Positions 19,475 through 30,090 are shown, counted from the stretch's first letter. The stretch is 57,391 bases of DNA from Candidatus Bathyarchaeota archaeon (GCA_963714275.1 CAVQNT010000010.1:1-57391), one strand, 5' to 3'. Program-made: numbers and translations. Notes: a model not told the origin generated them from the letters alone.

Positions 19475-19873
19475 TTAAGACTTTTCATTACCAATCACTT
19501 TTCCCTCTGAATCCGTTAATAGAACACCTTTACTGAGATCAAGAAGGACAAGACGATTACCCCAAGGATCTTCCACAATTGCACACTTACCCACATCGAT
19601 GTCAAATGGCTGTACGATCACTCTAGAACCCGCATCCACAAGATACTTGACACTTAATACAACCGATTCAACGAGAAGATCGGTCTCCTGCCCCTTTCGA
19701 GAAGTTTGAATGACTATTTCGGTGTCAGATTCTGGCATCTGAAAACCAGCCGAATCGTCTTTTCTCCACTTGAGTTTATGTCCCAAAGTATTTTGATAGA
19801 ATTTTATACCTGATTCGAGGTCTGAAACATGAAACAGTACACAGTCAACTTTCCTTATTAATGGAAAATTCAT
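19475..19873 (-). CDS. VOC/glyoxalase family protein
   Basis: VSDLESGIKFYQNTLG...EDPWGNRLVL. Confidence 0.9.
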   Translation of the reverse strand: MNFPLIRKVDCVLFHVSDLESGIKFYQNTLGHKLKWRKDDSAGFQMPESDTEIVIQTSRKGQETDLLVESVVLSVKYLVDAGSRVIVQPFDIDVGKCAIVEDPWGNRLVLLDLSKGVLLTDSEGKVIGNEKS

Positions 19874-19939
19874 CGTTCAATCACCCAGTCTACCTACTAT
19901 AATTGCACACGCATTTGAAATTTAAAAAAGCTAGCCAAA

Positions 19940-19974
19940 CCCCCCTGCCCCTACTCTCACAGATTGCTTATATT
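19940..19974 (+). promoter_or_regulatory. C-rich/CACAGA-N4-TTAT promoter-like box, copy 4
   Basis: cccccctgcccctactctCACAGAttgcTTATATT; followed by ggagg and only a short or degraded ORF. Confidence 0.55.
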
Positions 19975-20245
19975 CAATTTTTGTAAAGGTTTTTGCGGAG
20001 GTTGCTAAGGTTGGTGGACAGACTAATAGAAAACCATATTTCCCCCACAAATTGCCCGACTGCTTCCATTTTATGGATACCGTTGCAACCTCCAATTAGG
20101 CAAAGACCACCATAACCTGCATATGTGATCTTAAACAGTTAGCAAGCGGATGGCTTGAGAAGACGATAATAAACGCTGTTGTGAACCGTATGGAAAAAGG
20201 TTTAGCTGTCTCCTAAGTGCGCGCGTTAATATACCCAATCCAAAA

Positions 20246-20827
20246 TTATAGATTTTTTTCCATGAACATGCAGTATGGTCGAAGCCATTCTGGGGTTTCA
20301 CCACCAGTGTATTCAGCGATTTCCTTGAATCCTGCGGATCGGTAAACATGATGAGCTGTGGTTGAAAAGTCTGCAGTTTCAAGTCGAAGTGTAGAGTATC
20401 CAAGTTCCCTAGCTTTCCCTATCAACCTGTTGAGCATCTCTTTTCCATAACCTTTCCCCTGATGCTCTGGACGAATGTACATACGCTTGATTTCTCCAAC
20501 TCCTTCCTCCAGCTTTATTAATGCTCCCATCCCTTCCACTTTGCCATCGATTTCGAGCAAATACGTTATTCCCTCGGACGACCGAATGTTCGTAAAGTTG
20601 CCAATGACAGTCCTAACGTATTCTTGGACCGACTTGCCCAAGATCGATACAATATCAATGTTGTGTCGCGCAAAATATTTCTCAGCAAACCAGGAAGCAT
20701 ACTCCACATTCAACTCGAAAAACTGTGCTTGATGAACAGAGTCATCATAAGGAACAAAGTTTGCCACCAACCTCTTAGACCTCCTATAAAAACAATAAAG
20801 GTGAAGAACATAATAAAAATTCAACAA
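20246..20827 (-). CDS. GNAT acetyltransferase
   Basis: EIKRMYIRPEHQGKGYG, YRSAGF; true start probably ~20770. Confidence 0.9.
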   Translation of the reverse strand: MLNFYYVLHLYCFYRRSKRLVANFVPYDDSVHQAQFFELNVEYASWFAEKYFARHNIDIVSILGKSVQEYVRTVIGNFTNIRSSEGITYLLEIDGKVEGMGALIKLEEGVGEIKRMYIRPEHQGKGYGKEMLNRLIGKARELGYSTLRLETADFSTTAHHVYRSAGFKEIAEYTGGETPEWLRPYCMFMEKNL

Positions 20828-20882
20828 TAATTAAGCCGTAACTTAACCGTGCACTTCGGTAAGGACCAGCAGTGTATATCCG

Positions 20883-21083
20883 CTAAGTAAAATCCTTGCC
20901 AAACTTGGACATCGACGAAAGACCTTGTTTATTGACTCTTATTACATTGTAGTTCCTATCGAAATAAACTTTAATGACTTCACATTTTGAATTCGGACAC
21001 ATAAAACCCCGTTTCTGTTTAACCAGTTTTGAACCGCAAACCGGGCATTTTGGCTCAGCCTTCTTCAATTGACGAACCCCCAT
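20883..21083 (-). CDS. Small Zn-ribbon protein
   Basis: CPVCGSKL...FMCPNSKC; start reassigned to ATG 21083. Confidence 0.65.
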   Translation of the reverse strand: MGVRQLKKAEPKCPVCGSKLVKQKRGFMCPNSKCEVIKVYFDRNYNVIRVNKQGLSSMSKFGKDFT

Positions 21084-21176
21084 TAAGGAACAGAAACAAA
21101 AGATATTAGAGTTTCGAACATTTACCATGCTAGTTTCTAAATCATCAATAACTAGTAAAGTTATAACTTGATTATG

Positions 21177-21241
21177 TACTTTGAAGGGGTCTCCAAAGTA
21201 TAGTATACTTTGAAGAGGCTCCCAAAGTATAGTATACTTTG
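21177..21241. repeat. 29-bp tandem repeat forming two perfect 19-bp palindromes (caaagtata-g-tatactttg)
   Basis: Palindromes at 21194-21212 and 21223-21241 in the divergent intergenic region upstream of the integrase operon. Confidence 0.9.
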
Positions 21242-21296
21242 CGGGCGCCAGAAATGTCTTATAGTTTTGTTTCAACAAATGTTCAAGGTGACATAA

Positions 21297-21557
21297 TTGG
21301 TTAGTTTAGTGGAGTCTTGGGAAGACCTAGAAGAGTACGCACAGTGGTGCAGAACCGGAGCCTACCAGATGCGGGAAACGGTTGAAGGCATCGAACTTCG
21401 GGTCTTCACAGGCAGGTATGGCTTTGTAAAATGCTTTGGGAACACGCAGGATCCCCTGTTTAGCCACATCTTAGACTTCTGCAAGACTGAAGGCTTCATA
21501 AAAGTCCTGGGCAACGTGCCAGACGACCTCTTCTTTTCATTGCACAGAGAAGCCTAA
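21297..21557 (+). CDS. Hypothetical protein upstream of integrase
   Basis: 86-aa ORF with aggtga SD. Confidence 0.7.
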   Translation: MVSLVESWEDLEEYAQWCRTGAYQMRETVEGIELRVFTGRYGFVKCFGNTQDPLFSHILDFCKTEGFIKVLGNVPDDLFFSLHREA

Positions 21558-21570
21558 TCTTTAGGCAATA

Positions 21571-22831
21571 ATGGGCAGGGGAGTGGCTGGCTTCCACGAT
21601 GCTTCGTTCAGAAACGCGTATTTCACCAACAAGCGGGTTAACCAAGAAGGGAAGTACGGCGAGTATGGCGTCGTCCTACACCAGCCCCCCACATGCCCAG
21701 AATGTGGTCAACAAAAGTTTGGAAAGACGGATTCCGAAGTGACAGTCTTATTCCTATTCAGAGGCGGCTTTGCCGTGACTGCGGCTACCGGTTTTCTGAC
21801 CATGTTCAAACTAATAAAAAGGAGAACCAGCATAGTAGTGAGTGCCTAGTACGCGTTTCGGACAACGAGATGATAAACTTGGCCACAGTGGAACCCCGAA
21901 TTCAAGAAAAGGCTGCGGGAGCCACAGTCAATGATGCAAAAAGTCTAATCTTTGAGTATGCGTGGATGCTTAAGAAACAAGGCTATCGAGAAGGAACAAT
22001 CAGGGAATACGCGAATCAAATAGCGCTCTTAAAAAAATATGGCGCTGACATATTCAACCCAGAATCAGTAAAATCTGTTCTAGCACAAGCAAGCTGGAAA
22101 GAATCAACCAAGGCTGTAATTACAAAAATCTATTCCAATTTTCTTTCATTCCACAACTTGACTTGGCATGAACCAACATATAAACAAAGAAAAACGCTTA
22201 AATTCATACCGACAGAAAAGGAAATCAACGATCTAATTAGCTGTTGCGGAAAAATCACAAGCTTAGCCTTAAGAATAGCGAAAGAAACTGGAGCTCGAAT
22301 CGGTGAAATAGCAAAGTTAAGATGGATCGATATAGACCGAGAAAAAAGAATCCTGAGAATCAGCGAAGCTGAGAAAGGCAGCAATCCAAGAATATTGAGC
22401 ATATCTAACGACCTTATAGCACTCTCGACCACATGCAAAAGAAAGGCGAATACGTCTTCATGACAAATGGCAAACCTATGGTCGCAACACACTTGAGCGG
22501 ACTTCTTCTAAACGGCAGAAAAACAGCAGCCAGAAAACTCATAAATCCAAGACTACTAGAAATCTCGTTTCACACTATGAGGCATTGGAAAGCCACAATG
22601 GAATACCACAAAACCAGAGACATACTGCACGTGAAAGAAGTGCTGGGACATAAATGCATTGAAAACACCATGATTTACATTGACATGGAGAAAGCGTTAT
22701 TCCGTGAAGGAAACGAAGACTTCATAGTTAAAGCCGCTGCAAATTTGGATGAAGCATGCAAACTCCTTGAGGTGGGATTTGAATATGTCTGTGAAATGGA
22801 CGGAAAGAAGCTGTTTAGAAAGAGAAACTAA
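21571..22831 (+). CDS. Tyrosine recombinase/integrase with N-terminal Zn ribbon (frameshifts ~21708 and ~22430)
   Basis: TGARIGE, EKG, HTMRH, LGH, TMIY catalytic set; N-terminal CPECG..KVWKDG...QRRLCRDCGYRF. Confidence 0.9.
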
Positions 22832-22944
22832 AAACAACAAACATAAGCTGAAAATAACTAAAATAAGACTTATATGCTTCTTTTCCATTAAAGGCATAAA
22901 CAAACTATGTGCAGTAAATATCCATTTATGAAGAGGGGTTAAAA

Positions 22945-23223
22945 ATGGTTAGCAAAAAGAAACAGCAAGAATACGACGAAAGAATCAAACAAGCCGTGTT
23001 CATTCTGGGTCAGGTTTCTGAAGACAACACGACCCCTCGAAACATCAGAAGAGCAGCAAAGAACTCGTTGGACACGCTGCAGTCACTGGGAAATACGGTC
23101 GGCATCAGAACATCCAACGCTATCTCAATCCTCGACGAGATTCTTCAAGACCCCAACATGCCACCTTACACGCGCGTGAAACTCTGGAACGTCATGAGCC
23201 TTCTTGAAGCAATAAAGGACTAA
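22945..23223 (+). CDS. UPF0147 family protein
   Basis: DNTTPRNIRRAA...DPNMPPYTR. Confidence 0.9.
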   Translation: MVSKKKQQEYDERIKQAVFILGQVSEDNTTPRNIRRAAKNSLDTLQSLGNTVGIRTSNAISILDEILQDPNMPPYTRVKLWNVMSLLEAIKD

Positions 23224-23322
23224 CCTCCAATTTCATTTATCATGCAAGTCTATGGGAATACTTTATATCATCGACAGAAAATAATGTAGCACCTCAAAAC
23301 CGTATTTACAGACTCACAAAAA

Positions 23323-24381
23323 ATGGTGTCTGACATGCCCAAAGAACTGATTGCTACCGCACCAGAGCATCTAGCCTTCAGGGAATACCAAGATCCGCCT
23401 TTGAAACCAAACCAGATACGCATAAAAAGCCAACTTTCTGCCGAAAAACACGGGACAATGCTGCCCATATTCTTGGGAGTGTCTTCATTCACAAATAAAA
23501 GATACGACGCTGAATCAGGCTTGTTTCTTCCAGAAAGTACAGGAAAAGGCTGGACACCCACGTTCCCGATGACTCTGGGAAACATGACCGTTGGCACAGT
23601 CACAGAAATCGGAGCCAAAGCTAAAAACGTAAAGGTCGGAGACAGAGTCTACGGTTACCTTCCAATAAGGGAAACTCACACAGTCGGCGAGGAAGCCGTG
23701 AATGTGGCGCCAATGGAACTGGGCGACAAAGACATAGTATGTATGGACCCCTCAGTAGTCGCATTCATGGCTGTCCGCGAAGGCCGCGTCAGAATCGGAG
23801 ACACGGTGGCAGTCTTCGGTCTCGGAGCAATAGGGCTCATGGCGGTTCAGCTAGCCGAGCTCTCTGGCGTCTTAACAGTTATCGGCGTTGAACCTATTCA
23901 GAAACGGAGGAACCTTGCTGAAACATATGGTGCTGATGTAACGTTGAATCCGCTTGAATGTGACATCGGATTGGCAGTTAAAAAAATGACTGGCAGTAAA
24001 GGCGTGGACATCTCTTTAGAGACAAGCGGATCATACAAGGCTCTACACGAAGCCATAAGAACCACAAGGTTTGGTGGTTCAGTCGTACCCGTTTCGTGGT
24101 ATCATGGCGAAACGAAGGGTCTGAATCTCGGTGAAGAATGGCACTTCAACCGTCAGGTTTTGGTTTCAGGTGCAAGGGTGGAAAGCGAACCATACAGAGA
24201 CTATCCATTGTGGGACAGGAAACGTCTTTACGACACGGTTCTTGAGCTGTTCCGGAAGAAGCGTTTAACGAGCCAAGGTATGCTTACCCCAACAGTGCGG
24301 TTTGAAGATGTTGTTGAAGCTTATCGGATGCTTATTGAAAAGCCTGAAGAAACAATTAAATTGGGCGTAGTTTACAGTTAA
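23323..24381 (+). CDS. MDR-superfamily (Zn-type alcohol) dehydrogenase
   Basis: GLGAIG Rossmann motif, GroES-like N-terminal domain. Confidence 0.85.
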   Translation: MVSDMPKELIATAPEHLAFREYQDPPLKPNQIRIKSQLSAEKHGTMLPIFLGVSSFTNKRYDAESGLFLPESTGKGWTPTFPMTLGNMTVGTVTEIGAKAKNVKVGDRVYGYLPIRETHTVGEEAVNVAPMELGDKDIVCMDPSVVAFMAVREGRVRIGDTVAVFGLGAIGLMAVQLAELSGVLTVIGVEPIQKRRNLAETYGADVTLNPLECDIGLAVKKMTGSKGVDISLETSGSYKALHEAIRTTRFGGSVVPVSWYHGETKGLNLGEEWHFNRQVLVSGARVESEPYRDYPLWDRKRLYDTVLELFRKKRLTSQGMLTPTVRFEDVVEAYRMLIEKPEETIKLGVVYS

Positions 24382-24410
24382 GATATCGGGGAATCCTTAG
24401 AACCCTAGGG

Positions 24411-25478
24411 ATGTGTCTGTTGTTTCCCTTACATGAGGCAATGCTTTACGAAAAAATCGAAGACAACATAACCAGATGCAACCTCTGCAGCCGCCGCTGT
24501 CTAATCCAAGAAGGGCTCACAGGATTCTGCAGAGTCAGAAAAAACGTTTCAGGCAAGCTTTATTCGCTCAACTATGCTAAGGCTTGCGCAGCAAACGTGG
24601 ATCCAATCGGAAAGAAGCCACTTTCCCATTTTCATCCCGGAGCTTCAGTCATCTCCATCGCCACAGTCGGATGCAACTTCAGGTGCCAGTTCTGCGATAA
24701 TTGGGACATAAGCCAAGAAAAAGAAATCGTCGGGAAAGATTTTCCGCCTGAAAAAGTTGTTAAGACCGCCAAGGACTACGGTTGCCAAGGCATAAGCTAC
24801 ACCTACACTGAGCCTACGATCTTTTTTGAATACGCCTACGACACCTCTGTCTTAGCCCACCAACAGGGACTCTTCAACACGTTCGTGACGAACGGATACA
24901 TGACGCCTGAATCTGTTAGAACCATTTCGCCTTACCTTGACGCTGCGACGGTTGACTTCAAAGGAGGCGGCGACCCACAATTTTACAGAAGGTTTTCGTC
25001 TGTTCCTTCAGTTGAACCGATTTTTGAGACCTTGAAGGAGATGAAGAAATACAACATTCACGTCGAGATCACCAATCTTGTCGTGCCAAAAATAGGCGAC
25101 TCAATCGAACAAATAAAGCAACTTGCTCTGTGGATAAAAAATAACTTGGGCGAAGATACGCCTTTTCATCTTTTAAGGTTCCACCCAAACTACGAATTAA
25201 CAGAAATCAGCTCAACAGAAGTAAAGTCGCTTGAGGATGCTTATGGGGCTGCCAAGGAATCGGGTCTTAATTATGTGTATTTGGGGAACGTTCCGGGTCA
25301 CCGATTCGAAAACACCTATTGCCCTGAATGCAACGAATTGCTTATCAAGAGACAAAGTTTCAGCATAGTCAAATGGAACATAACTGACGAGAAAAAATGC
25401 CCAAACTGCGAAAAAAAAATCGCCATAAAAGGAGACCTCCACAAAGAAGGCTTCTCTTACCCTTACTCCGTTATATAA
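24411..25478 (+). CDS. amrS: AmmeMemoRadiSam system radical SAM enzyme
   Basis: DPIGKKPLSHFHPG, GCNFRCQFCDNW, YTYTEP, NTYCPEC. Confidence 0.88.
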   Translation: MCLLFPLHEAMLYEKIEDNITRCNLCSRRCLIQEGLTGFCRVRKNVSGKLYSLNYAKACAANVDPIGKKPLSHFHPGASVISIATVGCNFRCQFCDNWDISQEKEIVGKDFPPEKVVKTAKDYGCQGISYTYTEPTIFFEYAYDTSVLAHQQGLFNTFVTNGYMTPESVRTISPYLDAATVDFKGGGDPQFYRRFSSVPSVEPIFETLKEMKKYNIHVEITNLVVPKIGDSIEQIKQLALWIKNNLGEDTPFHLLRFHPNYELTEISSTEVKSLEDAYGAAKESGLNYVYLGNVPGHRFENTYCPECNELLIKRQSFSIVKWNITDEKKCPNCEKKIAIKGDLHKEGFSYPYSVI

Positions 25479-25585
25479 ATTATTTATCGTAACATTAATG
25501 ATTGAAAAAAATTTTTGATAAAAGAGACTTGGAAATAGATACGAATTAATAAGATTCTTTAAAATTAATTATTTTTTAGAACCCA

Positions 25586-26678
25586 ATGTGGCGAATTACG
25601 AGAAGAGATGCAGTGACAGTTTTGGAAGACGAGAATGTTAAGGCAAGCTTGTCAAGATACTTCGCTGTGATGAAAGATGAGAAACCAGCCAAATTTCAGA
25701 TTGCTAAAAAGATAGATGTTGACTTCTTCGAAGTCGGTTCTGTCCAAGAATTATGGCGGATCCACGAGCAAAAGTTGAAAGAGTTCGCGCGTCTAGAAAT
25801 GGAATTGGATAATAATCGAATATCGTTGAAAGTGTTTGAAAATCCAAAAACATCTTTCCTTGATCTGAAACAAAAAATAGTCTAATAGAATTCTTGAAAA
25901 CTGCCATTTCTGCACTCGAAGATGCAATATTAATCGTATTCGTGGACAAACGGGTTACTGCCGATGCAGCGACAAAATAAAAGTTTCTTCCATCTTTGAG
26001 CATTTGGGAGAAGAGCCTGAGCTTATTCCTTCAGGCACAATCTTTACACTAGGTTGCACGATATGTTGCCTGCACTGCCAGAACTGGACGATATCTCAAT
26101 GGTTCGAAACAGGAAAGGTTTATTCACCTCAGCAATTGGCATCAGAGGTAGACCGGTTGCGTCGAAATGGCTGCAGGAACATTAACCTCGTAGGCGGGGA
26201 ACCTACGCCTTGGCTTCAACAGTGGCTTCAGACATTCCGACTTGTCGAAGTTAACGTTCCCATCGTCTGGAACTCAAACACCTACTACAGCGAGGAAACA
26301 GCAAATCTCCTAGATGGCTTTGCTGATGTTTTCCTTTTAGATTTCAAGTATGGAGACAATGATTGCGCAGAGAAATTATCCAATGCACCAAACTATTGGG
26401 AAGTTTGCACCCGGAACCACTTGCATGCAATAAAATACGGTGATCTCATAATTCGAGTCTTGGTTTTGCCCGGTCACCTAGAATGCTGCACAAAAGAGAT
26501 TCTGAATTGGATATCGGGGAATTTGGGCAAGAATGTGAGAGTAAACGTGATGTTTCAATACCGACCTGAGTGGAGGGCTCATGAAGTTAATGAACTAAGG
26601 AGGAGACTAACAGCTGAAGAGATGCGAAGAGCAGTGCAACTTGCCAAACAGGCTGGGCTTACGAATTACATAACTTAG
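25586..26678 (+). CDS. PflX-like radical SAM protein (frameshift ~25882)
   Basis: HLGEEPELIPSGTIF, CTICCLHCQNW, NINLVGGEPTP, MFQYRP. Confidence 0.85.
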
Positions 26679-26703
26679 TTTTTTAAAAAAACGTCTTTAA
26701 TCA

Positions 26704-27667
<964 letters not shown>

Positions 27668-28049
27668 GCAACCACCATTAACTGTAATGTTAAAATTATT
27701 TGTATACAGCCTATAAAAGGTTTCTAGGCATATTATTAGTTAATCAGCCAACTGCATAATATTCAGATTAAGATCGTGTTATCTTTTGGGAAATTCTACA
27801 CATTTATTTTAGAATGTTCTGAACCGTTGTCGTCGGTTAAAAAATATGGTGGACAATGTCAATAATTATTGGTTTTTATATCAAAAAATTACACAAAATA
27901 AAGTCCTTGACATCCAAAATCCACTGAAGCAAATGTTGGATATGTTAAATAGCAAAAAGTTACGTACAATAAATGGGTCTGCAGTCCGTGGAAAGGTTGA
28001 AGATGTAATCCGAGAATCGCTGACCTCCAATACTGCTAATGTACTCTTG

Positions 28050-28486
28050 CTAGTTATTCACTTTTGTTTCAATGAATTCTGCAACTTTATCTTCGCTATA
28101 TTTTATGGATTCTACCTGTTTCTTTAGATGCTCCTCGATTTTCTCAAAAAGTGCACTCATGTTAACAGGTTTTATGAGATAGCCATCAACGCCTTTGTTT
28201 ACAGCATCGATGGCGTTCTTCAGCGCCGGGATATCCGGTGAGGATGATTTTTATCATTTTTGGAGTTGAGTTTTTGAGTATTATTAACCGCTTCGGTGCA
28301 TTCCATGTCAGGAAGCCGAATGTCGATTAAGGCTAAGTTAAAAAAGTTGTTCTTGGTTTTCTCTATGACTTCCTCTCCGTTCTTGGCTGTATCAACTTCG
28401 TATCCCTTGTCTTTTAGTATACTGAACAATACTCTTCTTATGCCTTCATCATCATCGATAACAAGTATTCTGAAACTATTCTCATA
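28050..28486 (-). CDS. Stand-alone response regulator receiver protein (frameshifted; start uncertain)
   Basis: ILVIDDDEG, ALIDIRLPD, GYLIKP. Confidence 0.8.
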
Positions 28487-28748
28487 ACTTGTCGTACTCC
28501 CTGTTTACACTGAAAAATTTCGGTTGATAATTTCCGAAAATATAAGTCTATTAATAAATCGTTTATGAATTTTAAATTCTTTTTATAAATACAGTTATAA
28601 AATTAATGAGCAAGTCTTCTTTCAAATTTGGTTTACAGGTGTTTAAAAGTTTCCATAATGAAAAAATGAAAAAGATATAGTAAAGATCATTAAGTCAAAC
28701 TATGCTAACTGAATAATAAACAACATCTCATTTTACGAGTCGGTAAGA

Positions 28749-29648
28749 ATGCTTGAGGAAGAAACTTTAGAGAAGTATCGTCGCGCAGGAAAGATAGCTG
28801 CAAAAGTCAGAGAAGAAATGAAACGAAGGACCAAAGAAGGGATGCCGTTACTCGAAATCTGCGAAAAAACAGAACACCTAATTACCAGCATGGGTGGTAA
28901 GCCAGCGTTTCCCTGCAATGTTTCAGTTAATGAGGTTGCAGCACACTATACGTCTCCTCCTGACGACGCCCAAACGGTCCCAAATGACTCGTTGGTTAAG
29001 ATTGATATTGGTGTCCACATCGATGGCTACGTTGCTGACACCGCAGTTACAGTATGTTTCAATCCTGAACTTGAAGGCATGGTTCACGCGTCCGAGGCAG
29101 CGTTAGAAACAGCCGTCAAAACCATTCGGCCAGGCATGCACACGTCTGACTTAGGCTCAGAAATACAGAGAACCATCGAACGCCGCGGATACAAACCTAT
29201 TTCAAATTTAACTGGTCACCAAGTTGGACGATACATTATTCATACAGGAAAGTCGCTGCCGAATGTTACGCACATTTCCTTTACGAAGATTAATGCTGGA
29301 GATGTCTGCGCCATTGAACCTTTCGTGACTCTTAGGGACGCAGCTGGCAGAGTGGAGGATGGACCGGAAGCCTTCATTTTCAGGTTCGTTAAGCGGAAAC
29401 CAGTTAAAGACCTTGAGGCAGCGCAACTCTTGAAATTTATCGAGGAAGAATACCGAACGTTGCCTTTTGCTGAAAGGTGGCTAAAAACACACAATAAAGG
29501 TCACGGGTACAAAGCAGCATTCGCGAAACTGTTGGCTTCTAAGTGTATAATGTCTTACCCAGTTTTCATTGAGGCTAGTCAGAAACCCGTAGCCCAATCT
29601 GAACACACACTCTACATTGACAGAAATTCAGCTGTCGTTCTCACATGA
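28749..29648 (+). CDS. map: Methionine aminopeptidase type II
   Basis: AFPCNVSVNEVAAHY, KIDIGVHIDGYVADTA, NLTGH, AIEPF, SEHT. Confidence 0.95.
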   Translation: MLEEETLEKYRRAGKIAAKVREEMKRRTKEGMPLLEICEKTEHLITSMGGKPAFPCNVSVNEVAAHYTSPPDDAQTVPNDSLVKIDIGVHIDGYVADTAVTVCFNPELEGMVHASEAALETAVKTIRPGMHTSDLGSEIQRTIERRGYKPISNLTGHQVGRYIIHTGKSLPNVTHISFTKINAGDVCAIEPFVTLRDAAGRVEDGPEAFIFRFVKRKPVKDLEAAQLLKFIEEEYRTLPFAERWLKTHNKGHGYKAAFAKLLASKCIMSYPVFIEASQKPVAQSEHTLYIDRNSAVVLT

Positions 29649-29670
29649 TTATAATTGAACCAACGTATGG

Positions 29671-30090
29671 TTATTTTTTCTCTTCTTCTGCTGTTGCTTC
29701 TCTGTATATTGAGGATATGAAGGTTGGGATGTTGCATTTTGGGCAAAGCTCAACTTTTTTTAGGATAAAGTCTCCGTTTTGAAATTCTCTAGTGTTTTTG
29801 TGATCGCAATTTGAGCATTGCACGGTCGTGAAGACTTTTAGTGGTTCAAATCCTAGCTTCATCGGTTTTTGTCTCGCCTGAATCACTAAATACGACGATA
29901 ACGCAATGGCGCTTGCGCTTAACGTTACAGTTATGTAATCTGTGGCTCCTGTCTTTCTGTAGGTTTCGAAAGCTTGGAACAGAGAAATGAAAGAAAGCGT
30001 GAACAACACGAAAATTATAGCAATAAAGAAATAGGAAACTCTTTTCGCTGCAGACGCAGTTTCTTTCACAATCATCCCTCTATTGCGCAA
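29671..30090 (-). CDS. Membrane protein with C-terminal Zn ribbon
   Basis: Two TMs, CSNC...CPKC. Confidence 0.75.
   Translation of the reverse strand: MRNRGMIVKETASAAKRVSYFFIAIIFVLFTLSFISLFQAFETYRKTGATDYITVTLSASAIALSSYLVIQARQKPMKLGFEPLKVFTTVQCSNCDHKNTREFQNGDFILKKVELCPKCNIPTFISSIYREATAEEEKK

Larger units (their letters stand above)
1..22860. mobile_element. Accessory genomic island / cassette-like gene array ending in a tyrosine integrase (left boundary outside window)
   Basis: Dense short cargo genes in mixed orientation, internal duplications, gene remnants, recurrent intergenic motifs; integrase at right edge next to conserved core genes. No att site identified. Confidence 0.6.

Noticed and set aside
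20011-20130. Small Cys-containing ORF after promoter box copy 4
   Set aside because: Frames are short and inconsistent; a product cannot be supported
21177-21241. Possible mini-CRISPR array
   Set aside because: Only two full 19-bp palindromes with similar 10-nt spacers; far too short for CRISPR spacers
20883-21278. 131-aa ORF as given in the ORF track
   Set aside because: The 5' half runs through the palindromic repeats; only the Zn-ribbon part from 21083 looks protein-like
1-22860. Intact casposon or provirus
   Set aside because: No full cas1, protein-primed PolB, terminal inverted repeats, capsid or packaging genes visible in the window
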